64,000 nt of DNA, from positions 13,206,001-13,270,000 of the forward strand of contig CM075988.1 in the NCBI GenBank assembly GCA_038087875.1. The letters run 5' to 3'. A program made the translations under genes and the position numbers. Positions 26,501 through 36,747 of this stretch are shown one piece after another (position 1 is the first letter of the stretch; each line of letters begins with the position of its first letter). The notes below the pieces were generated by a model, which saw only the letters and a list, made by a program, of their open reading frames with translations, did not search any database and was not told where the DNA came from. The DNA is from Malacoraja senta. Taxonomy: Eukaryota.

Positions 26501-27903
26501 TGCTTCCACACTATGTCTCTAAACTAAACTAAATCCTTTTGATTTTGGCATAGATGTAAAAATTGTTGATTGATTCACATTGCCTTGTTTTAGTGACAAT
26601 ACTATCCTGCCCCATAATCGACATTATAACTTTAGAAAGCTCCTTTAGCATAATAAAATGTTCCAAAGGTGGTTCATTATCAAACAGGATTTGCCACTGA
26701 ACACCAAAATAATGTTAAAACAGATCACCAAATTTGGACAAAGAAGTCGGATTAAGGAAGGTGAAGAAGGAAAATAAAGAGATTTAGAGAGTGGATAATT
26801 GTTCTTACGGTTTAATCAGTTGAAAAAAACAGCAGGCAATAATGGAAAAAATAATCTAGATAAAAGTTAGATGAGGGCAGATAACGATGTGGGTTCAAAA
26901 CAGATAATGCTGGAAATACTCAGCAGAACATGCAGCATCTGCGGAAAGAGAAACCGTCAAGGTTTCAGGTCAGAGAACGGTTGTAAGATTGACGTTGCAT
27001 TATTTTAGCAGCACCACCATCCCGCTTCGTAACCCACAGAACAACTTTACAAAGCTCCCTTAGCCCAGTAGGATGCCTCAAAGTGGGTCATTGGAAAGTT
27101 TTCAAGCAGAACAGTTTCCATTTTCTCAAATGTTGCCTGACCGACTGAGGGAAGGGTCTCGACCCAAAACGTCACCCATTCCTTCTCTCCAGAGATGCTG
27201 CCTGTCCTGCTGAATTACTCCAGCTTTTTGTGTCTATCATCAGTTTAAACTAGCATCCGCAGTTCCTTGTCACACATTTCCTGTTTTTACTTTAGTTTTC
27301 CAGCATTTGCAGTTTTTTTGACTACCTCTGTGGTCTGCAGGGCAGGCAGAGATGGAAAGGAATAGGGCAGGTTGAGGCTTTGAGGAGAGGGTGTGGCTTC
27401 AAAACAAAGATGACTATTTAAAAATTCAGCCGTTGCTTAACCAAGAGTTATTGGTATGCAGCAAGAATGTGTATGATGGCTGAACAGTAATCGGTGTGAG
27501 TTAAAATGTGAGTTTCAGTAGCGAGTTGTTTTGGGTATACAGGGATGAGATTGTGGGAGATGAGACCTGAGTGCCTGTGGTGGTAAAACATCGGTAACAG
27601 ATGAACTGAGGCATGGACCATGTTGGACAATATAACAGAAGTGGAAATAGTCAGTCCAGAGTGTTTGCTGTGTGGTTAGAGACATGGCTGTGCTTGGACT
27701 CGGAAATAGTAATATTCATCGATGTACTGATCTTAACCACATTCCCTGGCAGATAGCACCTGATCCTTCAAACTTCAAAAAATATGTTAATATTTTCTTA
27801 AAACAAAGATGGAGGCCATTCAGTCCATCATGTCTCTGGGAGCTCTCAGCACAATCCAATCATTCACTACCCCATTCATTTTCTGCAACCTATTCTCTGG
27901 TAA

Positions 27904-27934
<31 letters not shown>

Positions 27935-29773
27935 ACTCACCTCACAACTATGTCAGATGCACTGCACAGGATCCAATAACATTATATCTTTAGGATGCGG
28001 GAAGAAACCAGAGCAGATGTAGGAATCCTCATGGTCACATGGAGTATTAACAGATTCCACCAGTCACAGACCACAGTTCAGATTTGAACCAGATCATTGG
28101 AGCTGTGAGACAGCTGCAATGACTACACTGCCACTATGCCATCCTAACATAAAGGTTTAATACACAGAACATTTCCCATCATTTATCTTTGATGCTCCAA
28201 ATTTAGTTTTGCGCTGAAGTGGAAACGGATGTCAGTGCCTTCAGTCAAGTATCAACATTTTGATAATATTTTTCCATTTGTACATAGAACAGTACTGCAC
28301 AGGGACAGGCGCGTCAGCCCACAAAGTACTTGCCAAGCACGATGTTAAGTTTATCAAATCTCCCTTGCCTGCACATCATCCATATCTCTCAATTCCTTGC
28401 AAAACCATGTGCCTATGTAACTGCCACTATTGTATCTGTTAAATGCCCCTAACATATTGAATGCTAGTCTCATATCTAATAGAGAAACTGTATATAGTTC
28501 TCCACATAATGATCTCAAATCATCGTAACATTCCTAACAGTTCAAATGTAACTGTTTTGAATAAAAATCTGTTTATTTTTAACTGAAAATAAATTAGATA
28601 GTCTCCATGCCATTTACTGGATATGTCCTGGTAGAATTTGACATTCCAAAATACATTAATACCCGTCTGTATTAAATCCATCTTCCACTCCTCTGCCCAA
28701 TTTTCCAACTAATCAATGTTGTTCTGTTTTCTTTCACAACCCTCTTCACTATCTATTATTCCATTAATTTTTGTGTCATCAACAAGTTTACTAATCAGTC
28801 CACCTACTTTCTCATCCAAAGATAGCCACAAAATGCTGGGGTAACTTGGTGGGTCAAACAACATCTTTCGGGATCACACTGTCCCAAGCCAAGCATTGGT
28901 CTATCTGGAACCATCCTGCCTGAGGTCATCTGTTGCTGGCCCTGATTTGTCTTAGTCCTTTCTTGCTTCCTGCACTCCCCACCCCCACCACCCCCATACA
29001 ATCAGTCTGAAGAAGGGTCCCGACCTGAAACATCACTTGTCCATTTTCTCCAGAGATGCTGACTGACCTGCTGAGTTCCTCCAGCATTTTGTGTATATCT
29101 TTGTTATAAACCAGCATCTGCAGTTCCTTTTTATTACTTTCTCATCCGTCATTTACAATGCCATTCACCACTGAAAAATGGAAAAATGCCCCTCAACTAT
29201 TCTCATCTTTTAAACTAGAAAATATCGTAAAATAATAAGACTTTTTCAAAATATTATAAGATGACCCTTCTATTACTCTGATAGCCTTTGCTAACATCCA
29301 CGCAGGCATTATTTATAGACATTTGCAGGTAATGTGTGAATCATCAGAAATATCACAGATAATATGGAAAGTTCTGTGCTCATGTGCCAACCACTGTGTT
29401 TTTCACAAATCTAAATATAATATAATATAAGTTGTACATAAATATAAAATTGCTGACTTGATTTAAACCAGTACTAGTTGGCTCAAATGAGTGGATAATT
29501 CAATTTCCATTCCACTAGGTACATTTTCCTCTATCCACAGTTATGCCTGACCTAAACATTTCCAGTAATCTTGCTATTATTCCACTTGCCCTTGGCACGT
29601 GAAAGTGATTCTTCTTCTTTTTTGTGTTCATTCAGCAAATTTGCGACGTAATGGAGAAAAATGCCAAAAAACAGTTACCGTATCTTTACAGTTCATCTCC
29701 TCGCCATCATGTTGATGATACATCTGAATATTCTGTGGTGCGAGTTTCACGCCAAGACTTGAGGACTGTGTGA
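5491..29773 (+). CDS. 10-exon IgSF type I receptor (V-C1-like-C2/I-TM-ITSM/ITIM), ~488 aa once a 1-nt exon-3 frameshift is corrected
   Basis: Exons 5491-5539, 6285-6632, 10084-10373, 12086-12403, 12813-12905, 20908-20935, 22258-22301, 25975-26034, 26113-26210, 29636-29773. Intron phases 1,1,1,1,1,2,1,1,0 all match. Ig Cys/Trp motifs, a hydrophobic TM and Tyr motifs are present. Confidence 0.88.
5865..6070. mobile_element. Fold-back Penelope-end element in IgSF intron 1
   Basis: ctggagcaactcagcgggtcaggcagcatc and its reverse complement. Confidence 0.7.
6285..6632 (+). CDS. IgSF exon 2, V-set domain with J-like GQGTRIQV
   Basis: ttttccaccag acceptor; TLNC...VSW...YIC...GQGT; G|gtaaag donor; 348 nt, phase 1-1. 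Confidence 0.93.
6830..7010. mobile_element. Fold-back Penelope-end element in IgSF intron 2
   Basis: Same inverted arms as other copies. Confidence 0.65.
7535..9140 (-). mobile_element. Rex1/Babar-type fragment interrupted by a younger insertion
   Basis: Reverse similarity to 1-870 on both sides of 8080-8780. Confidence 0.65.
8080..8780 (-). mobile_element. CpG-rich retroposon with (AATCTCT)n tail, TTTCAT TSD
   Basis: GC-rich body; tail repeat at 8080-8096; TTTCAT at 8073-8078 and 8781-8786; related sequence at ~57680-58025. Confidence 0.55.
9510..9713. mobile_element. hAT-type MITE
   Basis: TIR CAGGGGTTCCCAACC / GGTTGGGAATTCTTG; 8-bp TSD TCCTACAC on both sides. Confidence 0.85.
10084..10373 (+). 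CDS. IgSF exon 3, C1-like domain (290 nt, 1-nt frameshift near 10277)
   Basis: DHPEMYIRSDTLVAGHESTLICSGRGLYGKDISFTW in frame 1, then RVEDNGTVCSCQINHSTFGRPAVNTIKLNIM in the shifted frame; cag acceptor and gtaagt donor. Confidence 0.88.
11355..11515. mobile_element. Fold-back Penelope-end element
   Basis: gacacaaaatgctggagtaactcagc ... gctgagttactc..tattttgtgtc. Confidence 0.7.
12086..12403 (+). CDS. IgSF exon 4, C2/I-set domain
   Basis: YGP...LELNCRVDSNP...VIW...DEGMYWCMAKNGYG; tag acceptor and gtaaat donor; 318 nt. Confidence 0.92.
12813..12905 (+). CDS. IgSF exon 5, transmembrane segment and basic stop-transfer
   Basis: DYRYLYALLPLITAIILAIIYFCLICKRQRK; tttcacag acceptor and gtaaaa donor; 93 nt; no charged residue in the TM. 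Confidence 0.9.
13153..13460 (-). mobile_element. tRNA-derived V-SINE (HE1-like)
   Basis: tRNA-like head, V-domain core, CR1-like tail with (ctaaa)n. Confidence 0.8.
14900..15315 (+). mobile_element. CR1 LINE 3' fragment
   Basis: MFPLVGQSRTRGYSLRIKG...VVNLWN. Confidence 0.8.
17452..17769. mobile_element. PIF/Harbinger-like MITE
   Basis: TIR CCCTGTCCCACGGT / ACCGTGGGACAGGG; extended internal palindromy. Confidence 0.7.
20908..20935 (+). CDS. IgSF exon 6, 28-nt cytoplasmic micro-exon (DPVTVTIELS)
   Basis: Strong pyrimidine tract tttctttccctttccccag and gtaaga donor; phase 1->2 bridges exons 5 and 7. Confidence 0.75.
22258..22301 (+). CDS. IgSF exon 7, 44-nt cytoplasmic exon (PENMHRDANCNKEL)
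   Basis: Pyrimidine tract plus aag acceptor, gtatgt donor; phase 2->1. Confidence 0.75.
22327..22595 (-). mobile_element. V-SINE (HE1-like)
   Basis: Same core and tail as 13153-13460. Confidence 0.75.
23196..23395. other. Assembly gap (200 N)
   Basis: Run of N within IgSF intron 7. Confidence 1.
23396..23820 (+). mobile_element. CR1 LINE 3' end
   Basis: RMRGDLIETYKIIKGLD...VVNLWNSLPQ...ELDRA plus tail. Confidence 0.85.
25975..26034 (+). CDS. IgSF exon 8 with ITSM TIYAVV
   Basis: DTIYAVVRKNGPPISRPYST; ggcag acceptor and gtaaga donor; 60 nt. Confidence 0.88.
26113..26210 (+). CDS. IgSF exon 9 with ITIM VSYADI
   Basis: EVAFVNEGNSEEEVSYADIVIHSPKQRYNQKAK; ccccacag acceptor and gtattg donor. 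Confidence 0.88.
28820..29140 (+). mobile_element. Penelope-like terminal repeat fragment with hammerhead motif at 29007-29034
   Basis: CTGAAGAAGGGTCCCGACCTGAAACATC. Confidence 0.65.
29636..29773 (+). CDS. IgSF exon 10, terminal, with distal motif SEYSVV
   Basis: QICDVMEKNAKKQLPYLYSSSPRHHVDDTSEYSVVRVSRQDLRTV*; phase-0 ttcag acceptor. Confidence 0.85.
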   Translation, partial: QICDVMEKNAKKQLPYLYSSSPRHHVDDTSEYSVVRVSRQDLRTV

Positions 29774-30994
29774 CCTTGAAATTAGTTCTCAGCTACTTTG
29801 TAGCCTCAGGAATGAACTACTCGCAAGTGGTTTCACAGAGCGACATGCAGGACGAGCCTCTGGAAACTGTGACCAACGCCAAGACGTCCGTGCTCAGCAA
29901 TAGACTTCATCGCTTTATAATTCTTCCTATGGACAAGAGTCGATTGTTCACTTTTCTTGGGTGTTAGATATCCTTAAGGAGTCAAACATTTTGTCAGGCA
30001 TATTTTAGTCCCAGTTTGTTATTCTCTTGCAAAAGACTAAATTATTTGGTGGCTGAACTTCTTTAGGAACTGGCAGCTCCAGGAGTAACTCAATAAGTTG
30101 ACCATTTTCTCAAGGGTCTAAAAATGCAATTTCTCTGGTGCTTAAATCGGGATCTTCCGTTGACTGGAGACAACTGTAAACTGTCCTTGCCCATCACATG
30201 TGGAGTTTACATGAAGAGGTATTGGCCATTCATCTGACTTTTCCATGCAGTCCAGGCCTGGGCACAAAAACAACGGTCACTGACCTCCCATCCTGCAGAG
30301 ATCAGTACAAGACTACTGCAATCCTTATACTTCAGCTCCAGGCTGGACTGTGCACTCACACTGAAATATCATTGAGCTGATGAGAAACATTAACACAGCC
30401 AAGTTGCTGTAGTGAACAGTAAAATTATTTGCATGTATTCTACTGTTTGAATGTACAAGTGTATACATAAAAATTGTGAAAAGAAACTTGAATTCTATGT
30501 AGAGTGCACTGTGAATTTTTTGCTCCATTGCTTTTATGAAATCAGACTGGATTTTGTAATACTGCCCCAATTAAAATTGGATTTAAAATTGTCCTACAAA
30601 TTTACAAAACCCAGAAGCATACAAAATGTATACAAACCAGCTTATTTAGTGGATGGAAGAATATACTGTAGGGCAGTATCTGACAATGAAAATACCAGGA
30701 TATCAGTTAAAATGATCCGACCGACCAACACAGGAACACACTGCGGCCCAGGGCTAGTGTCCAGAAAATTTGGGGCAACAGAAGATCTGCCTTGTTACCA
30801 TAGAAACTTGATCAACCAAACTTTAGCATGAGCGAGTAAATAGCCAAAGAGCATGAAAGAAGAATGTTTACAGACAGGTAATATGATTCCTATGCAATCT
30901 TTTAACAACATTCACTGTGCATGTGTTGGACAATGTGGGAACTCTCACCTTGTCAATATGTTGCTGCCATTAGTGCTCTAATATTGATATCTTA

Positions 30995-31180
30995 TGTGTA
31001 GGAAGGATATACAGATGCTGGTTTAAAACGAAGATAGACACAAAATGCTGGAGTAACTCAGCGGGACAGGCAGCAATCTCTATCTGAAGAAGGGTCTCGA
31101 CCCGAAACGTCACCTATTCCTTCTCTCCAGAGGTGCTGCCTGTCCCGCTGATTTACTCCAGCATTTTGTGTCTACCTTTG
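30995..31180. mobile_element. Fold-back Penelope-end element with the best-preserved hammerhead motif
   Basis: Inverted arms around CTGAAGAAGGGTCTCGACCCGAAACGTC. Confidence 0.75.
31084..31111 (+). ncRNA. Minimal hammerhead ribozyme motif (putative)
   Basis: CUGAAGA, extra A, stem II GGGUC-UC-GACCC, GAAA, C-GUC cleavage triplet. Confidence 0.6.
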
Positions 31181-31769
31181 ATATCTGTTGTACTGGGTAG
31201 TTACCTAGGATCATGCAGCAGATTCGTATAGCTCACAACATCAATCTAGATGAGATCGGAGGCATGATTGTGACTGGGCCCACTTAATAATTCTCTCTTG
31301 TTCATTTTCTGATCATTATTGAAAATAAAGCATAAGAAGGAAAGACAAGAGACTGGAGCTGCTGGGATCTGGAGCAAAAAACAATCTGTTCGATGAATCA
31401 GGCAATATCTGTGAGGGGGAAGGAATCATCAATATTTTGGGATGACTGGACAGGACTGGTAGAGAGAAGATAGCCAGTATAAAGACATGTTTGTCCTTGT
31501 GATGAACTAAAAATATACTGAGCAGTGGGTTAAAGAGGGGGAAATATTTCATTCTCAAAAGACTGCAAATATAATGTAATTGATTGATCCAATTAATGGG
31601 ATTAAGGTCAGTTGTCTTATTTTTTGATTTTCACATATTGTTTGAGTTTTGGACCACTCCAGCCTTTGATAAAATAGGAGGTCAGTTCTCAACAAATCCT
31701 CCAGTCGGTTTAAATGGGACTCTGATGCCTGTGGGACTATGTTCCAACATGAGTTGATGTGGAGAGAAA

Positions 31770-32560
31770 GGGAAAAATGATACTACAATTGGAGGTATCG
31801 CAGACGGTGAAGAAGGTTGTCAAATGCTACAGTTAGGTAATCGGGCCAAAAAATGGCTAGCGGCATTCATTTCAGGTAAGTGCGAGTTTTGTATTTTGGT
31901 AAGTCAAACCATATTTGGACTTACACAGTGAACGGTAGGGTGCTGGGGAGTGTTGTAGAACCTCGGAGTACAAGTACATTCTTCCCTGAAGGTTGCATCA
32001 CATGTAGACAGGGAGATGGATGTGACATTTTGCATGCTGGTTTCAACTGTCGGCATTGATTTGAGGAGTTGGGACATTATATTGCAGTTGTACAACTCAT
32101 TGTGAGGCTGTACTTGGAGTATTATGTACAGTTTTGGTTATCATGCTACAGGAAATATGTCATTAAGCTGTAATGATTGCAAAGATGTTGCCAGGACTTT
32201 TGAGCCAAAGTTAAAGGCAGAAGTTGGGCAGCGAAGACTTTATTCCTTAAACCATAGGATTCTGAGTGGAGACCTTATAGAGGCACATAAAATCAAGAGG
32301 GTCATAGATAAGTTGAGTGCACGCAGTCTTTTTCCCAAGGGAAGGGGAATCAAAAACTAATGAGCATAGGATTAAGATGAGAGAGACTTGAGGAGCAACC
32401 TCTTTACACAGAGGGTGGTACATATATGGATCAAACTGCCAGAGAAAGTGGTTGAGGAAGTTACATTAACTACATTCAAAATACATTTGAATGGATATAT
32501 GGATAGGAAAGATTTAGACTAGAGGGATGTGCGCTTAACACGGGTAAATTGAACTAGCTC
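31770..32560 (+). mobile_element. Decayed CR1 LINE 3' portion
   Basis: Degenerate RT C-terminal coding and 3' UTR similarity. Confidence 0.7.
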
Positions 32561-32644
32561 AGATGGACAATTTTCTCACAACACACACTTCCATCCAGAT
32601 GTCTGGCTCCATTACATCTGACAGCTTCATCCAAAGAAAAGATA

Positions 32645-34060
32645 GAATGTAGAAATGCTGGAGTAACTCAGCAGGTGAGGCAGCATCTCTGGAGGGAAGG
32701 AATGGGCGACGTTTCGAGTCGAGACCCCTTTCAGACTGATGTCAGGTGAGAGGGCGTGACAAAGATAGAAAGTAGGCGGAGAGAGTAAGACTAGTGGGAG
32801 AACTGGGAAGGGGATGGAGAGAGAAACAAGGGCTATCTGAAGTTAGAGAAGTCACTGTTCATACCGCTGGGGTGTAAACTACCCAAGCGAAATATGAGGT
32901 GCTGTTACTCCGATTTGCACTGGGCCTCATTCTGATAATGGATGAGGCCCAGGACAGAAAGGTTAGATTGGGAATAGGAGGAGAAGTTGAAGTGCTGAGC
33001 CACCAGGAGATCAGGTAGATTAAGACAGACTGAGTGGAGGTGTTCAGCGAAACGATTGCCGAATCTGCACTTGGTCTCATCGATGTGGAGCAGTTGACAC
33101 CTGGAACAGTGGATACGGCAGATGACCCTTCCGTAGATGCAAGTGAACCTCTGCCTCACCTGGAAAGACTGTTTGGGTCCTTGGATGGAGTTGAGGGGGG
33201 AGGTAAAGGGACAGGTGTTGCATCTCCTGCGGTTGCAGGGGAAAGTACCCGGGGAGGGGGTGGTTTGGGTGGGAAGGGACGAGTTGACCATGGAGTTTCG
33301 GAGGGAATGGTCACTGCGGAAAGCAGAAAGGGGTGAACATGGGAAGATGTGGCCAGTAATGGGATCCCGTTGGAGGAGGATTATACGCTGTATGCGATGG
33401 CTGATGGGGTGGAAGGTGAGGACAAGGGGGACTCTGTCCTTGTTACGAATGGGGGAAGAGGGAGTAAGAGCGGAGCTGTGTGATATCGAGGAGACCCTAG
33501 TGAGAGTTTTGTCTATAATGTAAGAGGGGATCCCCCATTTCCTAAAGAATGAGGACATATCCGATGGCCTGGTATGGAACACCTCATCCTGGGTCCAGAT
33601 GCGGCGTAGACGGAGGAATTGGGAGTAGGAGATAGAGTCTTTACAGGAAGCAGGGTGGGAAGAAGTGTAGTCAAGATAGCTATGGGAGTCGGTAGGTTTG
33701 TAGTTATTGTCGGTCAATAGTCTGTTTCTTGTGATGGAGATGGTGAGATCTAGAAACGGTAGGGAGATGTTGGAGATGGTCCAAGTGAATTTGAATGCCG
33801 GATGGAACTTAGTGGTGAAGTTGAGGAAGTCACTGAGTTCTGCATGGATGCAGGAGGTAGCACCAATGCAGTTGTCAATGTAGCGGAGGTAGAGTTTGGG
33901 GATGGGACCAGTGTACGCCTGGAACAGGGATTGTTTGACGTACCCTACAAAGAGGCAGGCATAGCTAGGGCCCATGCGAGTGCCCATAGCTACGCCTTGG
34001 ATTTGGAGGAAGTGGGAGGAGTAAAAAGGAGAAGTAGTTGAGGGTAAATCAAAGGAGAAG
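32645..34060 (-). mobile_element. 5'-truncated, inactive Penelope-like element (RT C-terminus + GIY-YIG + terminal repeat)
   Basis: ORF 32905-33987: MGTRMGPSYACLF, YIDN (normally YIDD), RRCNTC, degenerate GIY-YIG; terminal repeat at 32645-32760. Confidence 0.88.
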
Positions 34061-34667
34061 CTGTTGAGGGTAAGTTCAAAGGATAGAATGCGCAGAGCTG
34101 GAGCCCAATAGCAAGCCCTAGGTCATGTACCTGCCACAACCTACCAACACAACATCAACATCTGTTTCCATTTCCTATGAACCTCGTAAATCCTCAGCAA
34201 GTATGGTTGTGAAATTAGAATCTAAGACTTTATGCTTATAGCTACAAAGCAGCTTCTAGTTTAAATATAGAACATGGAAACTGCTGATAAATTTTGTGAT
34301 ATGTCGGGCATTTGAAATAAAATGTGCTGTTACTTCCAGTTTTAGAAATGAGATTGAGCACTCATAATTAAGATATCAACTGGTTCTATATTCAGACGTA
34401 TGAACTTGCATACAGATGAAAGTTGTTCCATGATCTTATGTTAGAATAGATTTTAAGATTTTAACAGCCACAGTAGAAAGGAGATAACATTTAATTTAGC
34501 GCACATTTACATTTGTGGTAAAGTAACACATTTAATGATATAAAATTATAGGCATAGAATTATAACAGTGAATTATAACAGAGAAAACTAGAATTATAAC
34601 GTAGCAAAACATTTTCAAGCCTTTCATAGGTGTGTTGCCAAATATGAAACTACATTAAAGGATACAA

Positions 34668-34820
34668 AATGCTGGAGTAACTCAGCGTGTCAGGCAGCAT
34701 CCCTAGATAACATGGATAGGTGATGTTTCGGGTCGAGACCCATCTTCAGACTCCAGCATTACGGGTCCTTTCATGTAGTAAGCAGCATCCTCAGTTCTTT
34801 GTTTCTGCATGAAACTACAT
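34668..34820 (-). mobile_element. Penelope-end element with hammerhead motif (34722-34749)
   Basis: Reverse complement CTGAAGATGGGTCTCGACCCGAAACATC. Confidence 0.65.
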
Positions 34821-36538
34821 TTGTAGATATCACAGTGGATGGCCAAAACTTTGCTCAAAGAGGTAGGAGATGAGGAACGTGGAGGTACGAGAGGTAAAGA
34901 CTTCAAGTCTTGTTTGAAGAAAGGAAGTAGAGGAATTAAAAGTGAGATGCTGAAGAGGTCAGGATTAGAAATGAGATAAAATCACGCAAAATATTATAAC
35001 AGAAGGAGATTGTTTAGTCCTTCACACTATGTTCATGTTGGTTGAAAAAGAGCTATCGGCTTAATCCATTTTCCAGTATTTGGACCATTGCCCCTAGGAT
35101 CTCTCTTCCAGTGCACATCCATGTACTCTTTAAGTGTGGTTGCTGGCTTAATCACATCATGGAGTAGTGAACTCCAAACCTTATATCAATTTCTTCAATT
35201 TTATGCCCCAAATCTTTGACACTAGTACGAACAGAAATACCGTAGCTCACCCTATTTGCCGTCCAGGTACCTTGTAATTGCATACACCATATAAATCTCC
35301 CCTCACACTACAAAAGAGCACAAATCCACCCAATCCAAGCTGTAGCTCTCTCTTAGATGTTTTTATTGTTCATAAGTTGTAGGAGCAGAATTAAGCCATT
35401 CGACCCATCAGTCTACTCTGCCATTCAATCTTTCCCTCTCAACCCCATTCTCCTGCCTTCTCCCCATATTCCATGGCACTTGCTATTGTGACCAATACCA
35501 AGTTTGACCTTGCCCAGATCCATTCATTCTATATTAGATGTTCTCGAGTTCATGATATCTGTCATAAGCTTTCCTTTTTGCCTTATCTGACCGTTTTTTA
35601 ATTGTCCAAGGAGCTTGCAGGCAATCTTACTGGAACGCGTGCATCCTGTTTTTATTTTAATCACTTTCCTGAAGGTCTCCTATTCCTCTCATTTTAATTT
35701 ACCTTCAAGTATCTGAACATTTTACTAAAACATCTCAGCTGAGTGAAATTTGCTATCACTCAGTTTGCTCCTGTTTCATCTTTCATCGTTTCCACTATTA
35801 TGCTAACTCTGTGCTCATTGCTGCAAACATCATCTCCCATTGTTATTGGGTGAATGGCAATAACTTGGAAAGATTTTTTAAGGCTGAAGGGACTGATCTT
35901 GAGTTGTATCCAGAGACAAATTCAACCCATTCAGCCCCATAAATCTCTCCCAGATATCTGCATTCATCCAGTAACAGTGGGAGAGTATTTTGTGGTCCTG
36001 ACCCGAAATGTCACCTATCCCTGTCCTCCCGAGATGCTGCCTGACCTGCTCATTTACCACAGTGCCTAGTCCTTTTTTTTTAGTAAAGCAGCATCTGTAC
36101 TTCCTTGTGCCTCCAAGTCTAAACAAGGGAGGCCAATAAAGAGTATCTTGGTCAAATCTTAAGATAATAAAAATGTAGGTCAGTGTTTCAACGCATTTGA
36201 TTGCGACAAACAGATTGGGCAATATTCGATTCGAAGAGTAATAAAGTTGTACAGCATAGAAACAGGCACTGCGGCCAACCAGGTCTATGCTGGCCAAGAT
36301 GCCTACACTGATTCCGCATCTCTCTGTGAAGTACCTAAACGGATGCCTCTTAAATATTGCAACGGTTCCAACCTCCACCACCTTCCCTGGTAGCTCATTT
36401 CAGATACCAACTAGTCCTTGTGTGAACATTTACCCCTCAGAACCCCTTCAAGCCTCTTCCCTCTCACCTTAAATATTGCATCCTTGATCCTTTCTCTGTG
36501 CACTGTGGTCGTCTTGATTGTAATCATATATAGACTTA

Positions 36539-36747
36539 AGGGCCTGTCCCACTTGGGTGTCATTTGTGAATCCCAAAAGCCTGGGGCGCCGCGCACGACC
36601 CCGCGTCACTGCCTACGCTACCACGCCTCACCACGCGCCATGCACACATAATGCATGCCATGCGCACATCACGACGCGCGCGCATCGTGACGCGTAAATA
36701 ATGTTGCGTAAATAATGCGCCAATGACGCCCAAGTGGGAGAGGCCCT
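36539..36747. mobile_element. PIF/Harbinger-like MITE
   Basis: ~27-bp TIR AGGGCCTGTCCCACTTGGGTGTCATT / AATGACGCCCAAGTGGGAGAGGCCCT; TTA/TGA flanks. Confidence 0.75.

Noticed and set aside
27909-27934. 26-nt poly(C) run (also ~41724-41744)
   Set aside because: Simple homopolymer next to repeats; length unreliable and no functional evidence.
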